A stretch of DNA of 64,000 bases from Deltaproteobacteria bacterium. GTDB lineage: Bacteria; Myxococcota_A; Polyangia; Fen-1088. The stretch's first letter is position 1, and each line of letters opens with the position of its first letter. The notes beneath the pieces were generated by a model. That model saw only the letters and a list, made by a program, of their open reading frames with translations. It was not told the DNA's origin and did no database searches. The stretch covers positions 391,183 to 455,182 of the forward strand of contig JANRKS010000007.1 of assembly GCA_033763315.1 (NCBI GenBank), given 5' to 3'. Position numbers and translations under genes: made by a program. Shown in pieces: positions 18,542 through 28,037 of the stretch.

Positions 18542-20773
18542 TTAATTGGCGAAAATCGCCATGGCCGGGTGAGTAAAGTAGACCTTATCGTCAGCGGCGG
18601 TCACCTTCGCAATGAAGCTATGTGCGCCCGCCGTCAGGTTCTTATATTCGAACTCGGCCGCGCCACCCGCCGATACGACTTTCAGTGCGGTCGCAGGCGT
18701 AGCACCCAAGGCGTCGAAGAATTCGACTTTCTTCCAACCGCCCAGTGACGCGTCGAAGCCTAGCTTCAGCAAACGAGAATCGCCCGGCTTTCCGTGCTTG
18801 GGAGCCGCGACCCAATACACTGGCTTGGCGATGAAGGCCAACCCCTTCTTCCCGTTAACGTCCACAATGCCTTGTTTGAAATAATCAAAGGCCTGCCAGA
18901 CGAGCCCCGTAGAAGGACCCGGGATAAAGTCTTTGACGTACTTGGTCGTATCGTACGTCTCAGCAAGAGGGGGAGCCGGTGGGAAGGCGGTGAAAGGCTC
19001 AAGCGTGGGCGCCTCGATCATCCGAGTTGCCTTGATGTTAGAGGCCTCGCTGTATCCAAGGTAACCCTTGGTCTTGTCAACTGGCTTTAGCGGCGTGACA
19101 CCATCGTTGTTTGTGGTCCGCTGAGCGATCATCTCTTGAAGTAGAGCAAGGTAGAGCATCCAAGAATCAACAACTGCATTCGTTTGGGCTCCATGGGCCG
19201 TGAAGGCCCAAAGAGCAAATCCGGCAGTGCTTCCCGCAGCCGATTCGAAGAACCTATTCTGACGCCAAAACTCATTGAGGGTAGCGGACGACTTTATAGC
19301 TATGAGACAACCAGATGTCGCAAAACAGTAGGTGATAAATCCTGGAACGGCGCGGCCTTCAGGAGTGATGGGATAGTCTTCCAGTTTTTCTCCCATGCCG
19401 ATGTCGGCATTGCCAGTCTGACGGAATTTATCTGCCGTAAAGGCAATGATACGCTTTGAGAACTCTGCATCGGCCAACATCTGTGCCGACAACATGGTCA
19501 ATAGGTGATGAACAAAGATTGGTACTGTGTTCATCTCGGGCCGGTTGGCTTTCGTGGCCAGCTTGGCAAGGTCAGCTTTGAAGAAGTTCTTGAAGTCGCC
19601 TGGCTGCTGACGAACGCCACCAAGCAAAGCCCAGCCGTGCGCGGTGGCAAACTTGCGCAAGTGTTCGAACAACGCTGAGTCGGCTGTTCCATTGGGCGGT
19701 TGACTGAGATCAGGCGCCGTTATTATCAAACCTTTGATCTTATCGTTGGCGCCGACGTTCTTTGGCACCCACACGTGCATGTGAGCATCGCCCTCATCCA
19801 AGCGAATGATTCCGGGATCAGCGAACGTTTCAGCTTCCTTGATGGTGACCTCGTCAATGAACAGGTCCGTGTCAGGAGATCCGCCGAAACCGAAAGTGAT
19901 TTCGCCGTTCACGCGGTTCAAGTCTTTCCAATCGTACACGGCGCCATCAATCACCTCTCCGGTGTCGTCAATGAACTCGCCACGGGCGCGGATCGTCTTA
20001 GCGTCCTTGTCTGCCTTCACCGTGATCTTCACGGTTTGCGTCTTCATGGAAGGCTCCATGACGGTCCAGCCGTAGTGTTCGGCTTCCGTCATGCACTGAG
20101 GACCTCGCGTCACCAGGCTCACCGCCCAGCACTTATTGTTAAAGAAGATATTATCGACGTCAGAGACGCCTAGGGGGCCCGGCCGGCTGTTTTGGAGGCC
20201 AAATCCTATGTTGACGCCATCGTTGCGATTCTTGTCCGTCGCAAACGAGAACCACAACGGAGCGGGCTTCTCGCCGTGAAATTTGATGGTGGCAGTGAAG
20301 CTCTCAAACGTATCAGTGCGGTCTTTGTCCGGCTTCGTATCGTAAGTAAAAGCTGCCAGCTTGCCTTTGGCAACCTTCAACACGCCGTCATTGTCAGCGC
20401 TCTGGGTCACTTCGCCCGTGACGAAGAAATTTTTGTTTAGATCGTCAGCCGTCTTGAAGCTGAGGCTCACAGGAAGTTTGCCGGTGGGGGCCGCGTAAGG
20501 AACGATCTCCGGTTCAGGCGGCGTTGGCAACCCGCCGTCCACCCCAGCGTCGGCATCACTGCCCCCCACATTCTCTCCCCCCGAGCCGCCCTTGCCTCCT
20601 CCACCTTTGCCCGCTGCGTCTCCGCCGGAACCGCCGCCGCCATCGCCTCCACTGCCCCCGGTCCCCCCGTCACCGTCGCTGCTCTTGCACGCGACGACTG
20701 AAAGCAAACTGACTGCGAGGCCGCAAGTCAGTACCTTAAGAGCTGGGACTTTCGCTAATCCAAGACATGTCAT
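18542..20773 (-). CDS. Lipoprotein: Gly linker, beta-sandwich, alpha/beta-hydrolase-like domain (degenerate) and C-terminal Ig-like domain
   Basis: Lipobox SVVAC; ATG 20773 with GGAG SD; HVWVPK..IKGLII..KFATAHGWALLG..LAKLAT..RPEMNTVPI..RIIAF hydrolase-like pattern; KKVEFFD..LTAGAHSFIAKVT Ig-like end. Confidence 0.65.
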   Translation of the reverse strand: MTCLGLAKVPALKVLTCGLAVSLLSVVACKSSDGDGGTGGSGGDGGGGSGGDAAGKGGGGKGGSGGENVGGSDADAGVDGGLPTPPEPEIVPYAAPTGKLPVSLSFKTADDLNKNFFVTGEVTQSADNDGVLKVAKGKLAAFTYDTKPDKDRTDTFESFTATIKFHGEKPAPLWFSFATDKNRNDGVNIGFGLQNSRPGPLGVSDVDNIFFNNKCWAVSLVTRGPQCMTEAEHYGWTVMEPSMKTQTVKITVKADKDAKTIRARGEFIDDTGEVIDGAVYDWKDLNRVNGEITFGFGGSPDTDLFIDEVTIKEAETFADPGIIRLDEGDAHMHVWVPKNVGANDKIKGLIITAPDLSQPPNGTADSALFEHLRKFATAHGWALLGGVRQQPGDFKNFFKADLAKLATKANRPEMNTVPIFVHHLLTMLSAQMLADAEFSKRIIAFTADKFRQTGNADIGMGEKLEDYPITPEGRAVPGFITYCFATSGCLIAIKSSATLNEFWRQNRFFESAAGSTAGFALWAFTAHGAQTNAVVDSWMLYLALLQEMIAQRTTNNDGVTPLKPVDKTKGYLGYSEASNIKATRMIEAPTLEPFTAFPPAPPLAETYDTTKYVKDFIPGPSTGLVWQAFDYFKQGIVDVNGKKGLAFIAKPVYWVAAPKHGKPGDSRLLKLGFDASLGGWKKVEFFDALGATPATALKVVSAGGAAEFEYKNLTAGAHSFIAKVTAADDKVYFTHPAMAIFAN

Positions 20774-20943
20774 GAGACTTCTCCCCGGGGCGGTAAGCGG
20801 GTCTGAACCCATCGATCATCGCGAAGACTCAACGCGTCGCATTCTGATCGAAACTTTCGGGAATAATCGCACAGGGTAACTTAGGTGCAAGCTAATAAGT
20901 TGCATCTCCTGCTCAGATCGCACGAAGCCGAATGTACTCGAGA

Positions 20944-23900
20944 CTATGGCAACACAGCTCGAAATGACTGCTTTCCGCCGCTGCCGTCTGTGCCGTTACC
21001 AACAATAGACGTCCCATCGGCTGCAATGCCGGTGATAATCTCCAGTGTCCAGCCCTGCGTATCAACTCCCGCAGACTGTAGGACATTGCTGAGGAGCCGA
21101 GTGCCGTTGACCGTATCGTAGATCACCGCGTTCGGCGCTGAGTCCTTGTCAATGGAGCCCACAATCACTGTGCCGTCTGCGCTCACATCTTTAACCGACC
21201 AGCCATTCGGGTCGTAGCCCGAAGGAGTTGGTAGCGTTGTGAAGCCAGCGGCGGCAGTCCATCGGAACGGGGGCCAGCCATAAGGGCCACCAACGATAAC
21301 ACCTCCGTCGTAGTTCAAAGCCGTCGCGGCATTGTCCATAGGCACGACACCGCTGCTCGATGAGTACCTGAAATGGCCGATTCCCAAAGGATTCCCGCCC
21401 GCGACCACCTTGCCGTCACCACTTACATACGCGTCTCCGAGCGCAGAGATATCCGTGACAGAACCATTATTCCAAACCCAGGGATTGGGATTGCCGTTGG
21501 CAAAAATTGAACCGCTGATTGTTCCGCCATTGTTGTCTACTGATTTGGCCTGTCTACCAGCGCCGAAAGGTTGATCGACGCCCAAAGCATTCCACCTCAA
21601 CGGGCCACCCACGATAACAGATCCATTTGAATTCACGGCTAATGCTACTCCACTCGTCACGCCTGCCGGCAAAGCGAGCTGGCTTATACCTGAGCCCAGT
21701 ACCCACTTCACCGGCACTTGCTTTCCGCCCACGAAGGCCCAACCCACAGCGACGCGCCCGTTCGCACTCAAGTCCTGCATGGACGTGTAAGTTGAATTAG
21801 CGACAAACCCCAGTGCCGTGAACGAAGGACACTCTTGCTTGCATGACCCGTTAGCGCACTTGGTGAATCCGCTGTTGCATTGCAGGACGCACTGACCTCC
21901 CATGCAGACAGCGCTAGCGTTCGCACCGCTAACGCCAGTGCAACTTGTGCCATTGGGCTTATCGCCCGACGCCGTGCAAACACCAGCGCCTGTAGAGCAC
22001 ACGATTTTTCCGACTTTACACTCTTGAGCCCCCGTTAGTGTGCAGGAGCCGTCTTTGTCGCAGGAGGTACATACGCCGCCATTGCAGACCATTTTGGAGC
22101 CACAGTCCGTGCCGTTGGGGGCATTGGCGCCGTCTACACAGGTTTGCGTTCCCGTGGAACATGAGGTCTTTCCATTCTTGCAAATGTTGCAATCCTGCCC
22201 CGAATAACAGGTCATGCATGAGCCGCCGTTGCACACGGAATTTACAGGGCAATCAGCGGTAACCTCTCCCGACCCGTCTGCCTTGCAAGAGACAAGCTTG
22301 ATGCCACTACAACGCGTTGAGTTTGGAACACAGTTGTTGCACTGCAGAGTGCTTGAATTGCAGCCTCCAGGCGGCGCACAGGCTGATGACACCTCACCTG
22401 TACCATCTGCCGGGCAGGTGACCAGGTTATTGCCAACACACTTTCGAGAATTCGGGCTGCACTTGTCACATGCAAGGCGGGACGTATTGCACTGAAAAGC
22501 GCCACAATCTTCAGCGGTCTCTCCGGAACCATCGGCTTTACAAGTGAACACCGTAGAGCCAGAGCACCTTTTCGCGTTAGGCGTGCAGACGTTACACGCG
22601 AGTCGAGTTGTGTTGCAGCCAGGCGCTCCACATTGCGTGGATGATTCGCTGCTTCCGTCTGCTGAGCATGTGTATAGGCTACCACCAGCGCATCGTTTGG
22701 CGTTGGGCACGCATGCGTTGCATTCGAGTCGGCTTGTATTGCAGCCCGAAGCGCCGCAGTCTTTCATCGATTCCGCAGATCCGTCGGCTGCACACGTGTA
22801 TAGAACCGTCGAAGCGCATCGCTTCGCGGAAGGCACGCAAGAATTACATCGGTCTCCGATGCAACCCTTGTTGTTGCAAGTGGTTGGACTTCCCCACTTT
22901 CCCCCAGAACATGTTTGCAGGTTCCCATCATTCGTGCAGCGCGAACCGGCAGAACAGTCATTGCAAGCGCCCGCGGTGCAGCCCGCTGCTCCGCACACGC
23001 TGAGTGCGCCCCATTTTCCGTCCGCACCACAGGTCTGAGAGGACGAATTGCCGGCCCCGCCACATCGCGACTCGCCAGGCCTACATTCGTTGCATGCACC
23101 GTTCTGGCACCCGGCAGCGCAAGAGCTCATGTCGCCCCAAGCGCCTGACGCGGAACATACTTGCAAGGCATTGTTCCCCGCTGGGTTACATCGCAGCTCG
23201 CTCGGTTTGCACGCTCCCGTGCACTGACCGTCCTGGCAGACGAATGGACAAGCCGCACCCGTAGACCACACACCGTCGTTGCCACACACGCGAGGAACGT
23301 TGTTCGCGCCGCAAACAGCCGTACCTGGCTTGCACTCTCCACCGCAAGCACCGTCTTTACACACGTTGGTGCAAGGCTGCGCCTCAGGCTTCCAGGCGCC
23401 CGTGGCATCACATACTTCCTTCACCTGATTCATGGCGCAACGGATCATCGTTGGCTTGCATTCGCCAGTACACTTGCCTTGAACCGCATCGCATAGGAAA
23501 GGGCAAGAATCTCCCTTCACCCATTTCCCAGCCGCATCGCATGTGAACGGCGTGTCACCGTTGCACATAGTGGTGCCCTTCGTACATCCGTTACAGAACC
23601 CGTCTGTACAACCGGTTTGACAAGCCGCCTCGGCCTTCCACTTACCAGTTTCGTCACAGACTTCTGGGGCGCCAGAGTTTCCGCACCGACGTTCCCGAGG
23701 TTTGCACTCGCCCACGCAAACGCCCGCGCTGCACAATGTGGTGCACGCCGTTCCCGCCACAAACTGCCCGTCTTCACCGCACGTATAAGGCACGTCGAAC
23801 CGGCACTCGGCCGAACCTGGCCTGCATTCGCCCGAGCAAATTCCTTCCTTACAGGTATTGGGACAAGCTTCGCTTGAGACCCAGGTTCCTTCTTCACAGC

Positions 23901-24393
23901 TTTGTGGGACGAAGCCACTGCAGCGCTTTTCACCAGTGGAACAAGGGCCCCCACCATCTTCCCCTCCATCAGCCGAGCCTCCGTCCATCATACTTTGGAC
24001 GTCGTCGGTGAACTTATCCGCCGGTACATTAGAGCAACCTCCGGTTACGGGAACGGTCACGTACATCGTCTTGAGAGTGGCGCCAGCCTGGTCTAAAGCC
24101 ACGACACGAAAATCGATTGATTGGTTGCCGGCCAATTGCTCGTAGTCTCTAAGCGCAATCTGTACCAGGGTCTCGGGACATGCCCGAGCAACTGGATCTA
24201 GCGGCCTCTCTTCCTCGCCAGCTTTGGTGTAGAAGACTTGGAAGTTATCGATTCCCTCGACCGCTGCAGGACAAGGAATTCTCAGAAGTATCGTCCCGGG
24301 CCGACAGTCCTCTTGCGTCTTGCAGCTGGCCGAAAACGCCAGTGAAAGACAGCACAAAAGGTACGCTTCGAATCGTCGCAAGTTAAAGCTCAT
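20944..24393 (-). CDS. Cys-rich tandem-repeat lipoprotein with C-terminal HAF-repeat-like beta-propeller
   Basis: Lipobox FSASC; 14 six-Cys repeats of about 40 aa; C-terminal DLSANGRVAVG, AVNSNGSVIVG, VSGDGKVVAG, DVSADGTVIVG and GIAADGTSIVG blades. Confidence 0.8.
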   Translation of the reverse strand: MSFNLRRFEAYLLCCLSLAFSASCKTQEDCRPGTILLRIPCPAAVEGIDNFQVFYTKAGEEERPLDPVARACPETLVQIALRDYEQLAGNQSIDFRVVALDQAGATLKTMYVTVPVTGGCSNVPADKFTDDVQSMMDGGSADGGEDGGGPCSTGEKRCSGFVPQSCEEGTWVSSEACPNTCKEGICSGECRPGSAECRFDVPYTCGEDGQFVAGTACTTLCSAGVCVGECKPRERRCGNSGAPEVCDETGKWKAEAACQTGCTDGFCNGCTKGTTMCNGDTPFTCDAAGKWVKGDSCPFLCDAVQGKCTGECKPTMIRCAMNQVKEVCDATGAWKPEAQPCTNVCKDGACGGECKPGTAVCGANNVPRVCGNDGVWSTGAACPFVCQDGQCTGACKPSELRCNPAGNNALQVCSASGAWGDMSSCAAGCQNGACNECRPGESRCGGAGNSSSQTCGADGKWGALSVCGAAGCTAGACNDCSAGSRCTNDGNLQTCSGGKWGSPTTCNNKGCIGDRCNSCVPSAKRCASTVLYTCAADGSAESMKDCGASGCNTSRLECNACVPNAKRCAGGSLYTCSADGSSESSTQCGAPGCNTTRLACNVCTPNAKRCSGSTVFTCKADGSGETAEDCGAFQCNTSRLACDKCSPNSRKCVGNNLVTCPADGTGEVSSACAPPGGCNSSTLQCNNCVPNSTRCSGIKLVSCKADGSGEVTADCPVNSVCNGGSCMTCYSGQDCNICKNGKTSCSTGTQTCVDGANAPNGTDCGSKMVCNGGVCTSCDKDGSCTLTGAQECKVGKIVCSTGAGVCTASGDKPNGTSCTGVSGANASAVCMGGQCVLQCNSGFTKCANGSCKQECPSFTALGFVANSTYTSMQDLSANGRVAVGWAFVGGKQVPVKWVLGSGISQLALPAGVTSGVALAVNSNGSVIVGGPLRWNALGVDQPFGAGRQAKSVDNNGGTISGSIFANGNPNPWVWNNGSVTDISALGDAYVSGDGKVVAGGNPLGIGHFRYSSSSGVVPMDNAATALNYDGGVIVGGPYGWPPFRWTAAAGFTTLPTPSGYDPNGWSVKDVSADGTVIVGSIDKDSAPNAVIYDTVNGTRLLSNVLQSAGVDTQGWTLEIITGIAADGTSIVGNGTDGSGGKQSFRAVLP

Positions 24394-25214
24394 GGGATCG
24401 TCCGCTCCGCGTTGGCCTTGGGATATTCAGTACCGCTCGACAAAATCACCACGGCGGCGATGGCGCCAAGCACCACCACGCCAGTCCCGGCCCAGAACCA
24501 GGGATTCTTGGTTATCGGACGGCTCTCCTGTGAAGTTGCTGGCGTTGCCGAAATATTGAGTCCCGGTTCGTTGGCCGGCTCGGGGGCCGCCTGTGTCACC
24601 GCTGGAGGCGTCGTGGGTTCAACACTCGAAGGCTCTAAACGCAGCACCACTCGTTGATAGCTAGCTCCGTTTACAGTCACAGTGCGAACCGCTCGCTTGT
24701 ATCCATTCGCAGAAACCTCGACGTCAACGGAACCTTCGTTAACGGTAACGGCGGCGGGGAGCGGAAGGTTCCCCACCAAGCGGCCTGCCACCGTGACGGC
24801 TGCACCCATCGGATCGCCGAGGACCTCGATGCGGCCGACGTGTGCTTTCACCGCTTCTTGAGAGTCTTTCAAAACCTCGCGGTTCTTCTTCACCCACGGA
24901 TCCTGCGTTGCCGAAAGCGCTTCGGCCAAGAGCGGGTCAGCCTCCGACCAACGCGATACGGCCTGCAAACAAAGGCCCCACTGAGCAGCGGCTCGCGGCG
25001 TTTTCGATTGATTGTAGGCCGCTTCGAACTTCGCCAAAGCGTCTGAATCACGACCAGCGCGGCGCAGTTCGAGGCCTTCCTTGATCAATGCTTCGGCGTT
25101 GGGAGCCGCGAAGGCAGACGGCGCCGGTATCAGCCCCGATACCGAACTCAACAGGGCAACCGTCAGAACGAAGCGTGCTTGCCCAGATAAGCGATGAATT
25201 AGTTTCTTGCTCAT
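24390..25214 (-). CDS. TPR + PEGA domain protein with C-terminal TM helix
   Basis: Signal peptide; TPR-like ALAKFEAAY..GLCLQAVSRWSEA; PEGA-like GAAVTVAGRLVGNLP..VEVSANGY; WFWAGTGVVVLGAIAAVVIL; ATGA overlap with the Cys-repeat gene. Confidence 0.85.
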   Translation of the reverse strand: MSKKLIHRLSGQARFVLTVALLSSVSGLIPAPSAFAAPNAEALIKEGLELRRAGRDSDALAKFEAAYNQSKTPRAAAQWGLCLQAVSRWSEADPLLAEALSATQDPWVKKNREVLKDSQEAVKAHVGRIEVLGDPMGAAVTVAGRLVGNLPLPAAVTVNEGSVDVEVSANGYKRAVRTVTVNGASYQRVVLRLEPSSVEPTTPPAVTQAAPEPANEPGLNISATPATSQESRPITKNPWFWAGTGVVVLGAIAAVVILSSGTEYPKANAERTIP

Positions 25215-25554
25215 AAGCGAATCTCCAAAGCGCCGCGAACGTAGCATTTTCAACCGACTTGAGCCAGCCGTTCAAACAGACCCGTCGCGTCATTCGCCAC
25301 GGATTCAAGGTCTATATTTAAGCCACCGTGCAAACGCGGCAAAATCGAGGCGATGTGTACTTATCGGTCAGCGTCTGCGGATGTTGCGTGAAAAGAGCGA
25401 GTGCCAAATAAAGAAAAGGACCGCGACGCCTCTCGACGCACACGGCCCTTTGTGGAGCGATTAGACTGTTTCTCGCCGAAGGCTGTACCCCCCGGGCCCG
25501 CGAGCCACGACGCTACAAACCCGTCAACAGCCGCTATATCTTGCGAGCGAGGAC

Positions 25555-26601
25555 CTAGTGATCGACAACCTGGGACAAGGCAATGCCGATTGCCAGATTC
25601 GACATGTTCTTATATCCGGAAGCATTCGGATAATACTTGTTGCCAGTGAAATAGCTGCCGCTCACGGGGGCAGGCTTGCCTGCTGGAGCTTGGGCAAACT
25701 GCGGCAAGAAGTTGAACTTCACAAAACGAACGCGGGGGTCATTCCATGTGGTGACGGCAGCGTCAAGCTCTTGATCCGCTGCGTGGGCACGGGTTGTGAA
25801 TGCAGACGGATTGCCGTTGCTGTCCCCGGTTCGTGAAAGCCCAGTAATAAGGACGTAGGTGCCTGGCCTCGCAGCCCGAATCTTGTCGAAGATCTGTTTC
25901 ATTCGGCCGGCGATGCCTGCTTGTTTGCTATTAAAGGCGTCCTCACTGCCCACGTTGAGGACAACAATGTTAGGCATTGTTGCCTTTATTGTCGCTTCGA
26001 TCGTTGTGAGTAGGGCCGCCGTTTCAACGTCATTGGTTCCTTCGTGCTTGTAGGCGCCGGCCGTTTTCGACCCGACCCACTCGACGCCCTTCTTATTCTT
26101 CGTGGCGAGGAAATCGAGAACGAGCTTGAGGTATCCGGGCGAAGCGCCAGTGCCAGCAGCTAGTCCGTCGCCAACCGCCAGAAGTTTGCAGTTGCCTTCC
26201 TTGGGGCAAATGGCGGCGTCAACCACTGGGGTCCCACCGGTGCCGGGCATGCCGCCCGTCATCGCCATGCCACCTGTGCCAGGTGAGCCACCAGCCGCAG
26301 TGCCGCCTTTGCCACCCGTGGCTGCGCCGCCACCCGAACCGCCTGTGGCCGCCGAGCCACCTTCGCCTGAACCGCCGTTGGCGCTGCTGCCGCCCGTGCC
26401 GGCTTCTCCAGCCGTGCCGCCCCCGCCCGTGTCCTCAACGCAGTCACCATTGTCGTCCAAGACAAAACCGTCGTCGCAGGACTTGCCGCCGCCTGTGCCC
26501 CCGGACCCGCCGCCTCCGCCGCCTCCGCAAGCAAAGATAGATGCGGCCGAAAAGAGGGTGAAAGCAGCCAAATAGCTACGTGTAACTGCGCGCGTAGACA
26601 T
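25555..26601 (-). CDS. Lipoprotein with Gly linker and SGNH/GDSL-fold domain lacking catalytic residues
   Basis: Lipobox IFAC; ATG 26601 with GGAG SD; SGNH-like blocks LAVGDGLAAG, EWVGS, HEG, PNIVVLNVGSED and YPNASGY. Confidence 0.8.
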   Translation of the reverse strand: MSTRAVTRSYLAAFTLFSAASIFACGGGGGGGSGGTGGGKSCDDGFVLDDNGDCVEDTGGGGTAGEAGTGGSSANGGSGEGGSAATGGSGGGAATGGKGGTAAGGSPGTGGMAMTGGMPGTGGTPVVDAAICPKEGNCKLLAVGDGLAAGTGASPGYLKLVLDFLATKNKKGVEWVGSKTAGAYKHEGTNDVETAALLTTIEATIKATMPNIVVLNVGSEDAFNSKQAGIAGRMKQIFDKIRAARPGTYVLITGLSRTGDSNGNPSAFTTRAHAADQELDAAVTTWNDPRVRFVKFNFLPQFAQAPAGKPAPVSGSYFTGNKYYPNASGYKNMSNLAIGIALSQVVDH

Positions 26602-26798
26602 GAACGTCTCCAGGGAAGGGTTGAAGCTAACGACCGGCCGTAAGAGCAAACGTCGGTCGTCTAAAAGTACGAGCGTCAACTGACGATGGTCAAGGTAATT
26701 TGCCTGGCCCACATGTGTGCACGGGTCGCTTTACACGCCCTTTTCATCAGTGCGCGCGATCTAGAGAAAAGGATGGGGCTCGACGTAGCTAATTTGTT

Positions 26799-28037
26799 TT
26801 AGCGGCACGTCTGCATCGAAGCGATCCACTCATTGATTAGTGCAACACCAGTTGCGTCAACCACCGTGCTCCCGATCGCGGGCATGCGCACGTTGGCCAC
26901 GGTGGTTTTCATGCGCACCGTCAACATCGACTGCAGGGGCGCGCCCGGTTTCACCAGCAGCACGCCAGGCACACCAAATTCACCGCGTACGGGCATACGA
27001 TTGATGAGGTTGGTTTGCGCCAAAACGACGTCGAAGCGCAAATCGATGTCGGGCAGGTTGCCTTCGGTTTGTAGGCCGTTGGGGCGGTGGCAGTGGCTGC
27101 AATTGGAATGCAGGTAAGAGCGCGCACGAACTTGCAGCGATGAGGAAGAGGCTGTCGCAGCGGCGTAACGCACAAGGTATTGTGCGGGGCTCAGCGCTGA
27201 TTCGAACAGGCCAATGTGTTCCAAAGTTGCCAGTTGGTTTGCCTTGCGATCGCCAGGATAGGTGTGATCACCGTTGAGCTGGCCAAGCTCCAAACCCAGG
27301 CTTCGCCCCGCCGCTTCTGTGTGACAAGAAAGGCAAGCGCTGCGGCTCGGGAACTGCCACGTTTGCAAACCTATCGAACGCGTCGACGTCTCATCGCCTA
27401 AAAGCTTCGCTTCGTTCTTTCCGTCTTGGTCCCAAACGTATGTGTAGCCCGCCCAATCACCGTCTGTGTGACGAACCAGAAAACGCGTCTCCAACATTTT
27501 TCCGGCAAGCTCAAACGTTTTGAACAGCATCGAGCCCACCGGCAAAACAAAGTCACCGTCCGGCAAAACGCGAATCCTTTGTCCGTCCGGAACCATCATG
27601 AAGCGGCGTTTGACGGCACCATCAGACCACAAGGGTGCGTTCACGTCGTAGGGGATGAGCCCAGCAACGGGCTCACGCAGATCGCTTGGCTCGAAGCATC
27701 CGGTGGCCAGCAACGTCTGCGGGAAGGGATCATTTGCCAACCCCGTGGGACGCGGCAAAGCGCGGCACGTTGTGTTTGCAGGGCGGTTGTCTAAGCCAAA
27801 CAACACCGCAGGCGCGGCAAACGCGTCGCGCATGTCTACAGCAACCGTAGACCCGGGAACGCAGGTGTCCTCGCTTTGCGCGTCCTGCACAACGCCGTCA
27901 GATCCCACATCAGCGGCCAAGGCATCAATTGCAATGCCGCCGTCGATCGATATCTCATCCTCATCGCTGCATGCCCCGCAAAGGCTTGCGACGAGCACGA
28001 CCATCACGCAGCATCGATGACGAGACGACGCTTTCAC
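26799..28037 (-). CDS. SO2930-like diheme c-type cytochrome lipoprotein
   Basis: IPYDVNAPLWSDGAVKRRF, LPVGSMLFKTF, ETRFLV; heme motifs CLSCH and CSHCH; RMPAIGS; lipobox LCGAC. Confidence 0.88.
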   Translation of the reverse strand: MKASSRHRCCVMVVLVASLCGACSDEDEISIDGGIAIDALAADVGSDGVVQDAQSEDTCVPGSTVAVDMRDAFAAPAVLFGLDNRPANTTCRALPRPTGLANDPFPQTLLATGCFEPSDLREPVAGLIPYDVNAPLWSDGAVKRRFMMVPDGQRIRVLPDGDFVLPVGSMLFKTFELAGKMLETRFLVRHTDGDWAGYTYVWDQDGKNEAKLLGDETSTRSIGLQTWQFPSRSACLSCHTEAAGRSLGLELGQLNGDHTYPGDRKANQLATLEHIGLFESALSPAQYLVRYAAATASSSSLQVRARSYLHSNCSHCHRPNGLQTEGNLPDIDLRFDVVLAQTNLINRMPVRGEFGVPGVLLVKPGAPLQSMLTVRMKTTVANVRMPAIGSTVVDATGVALINEWIASMQTCR

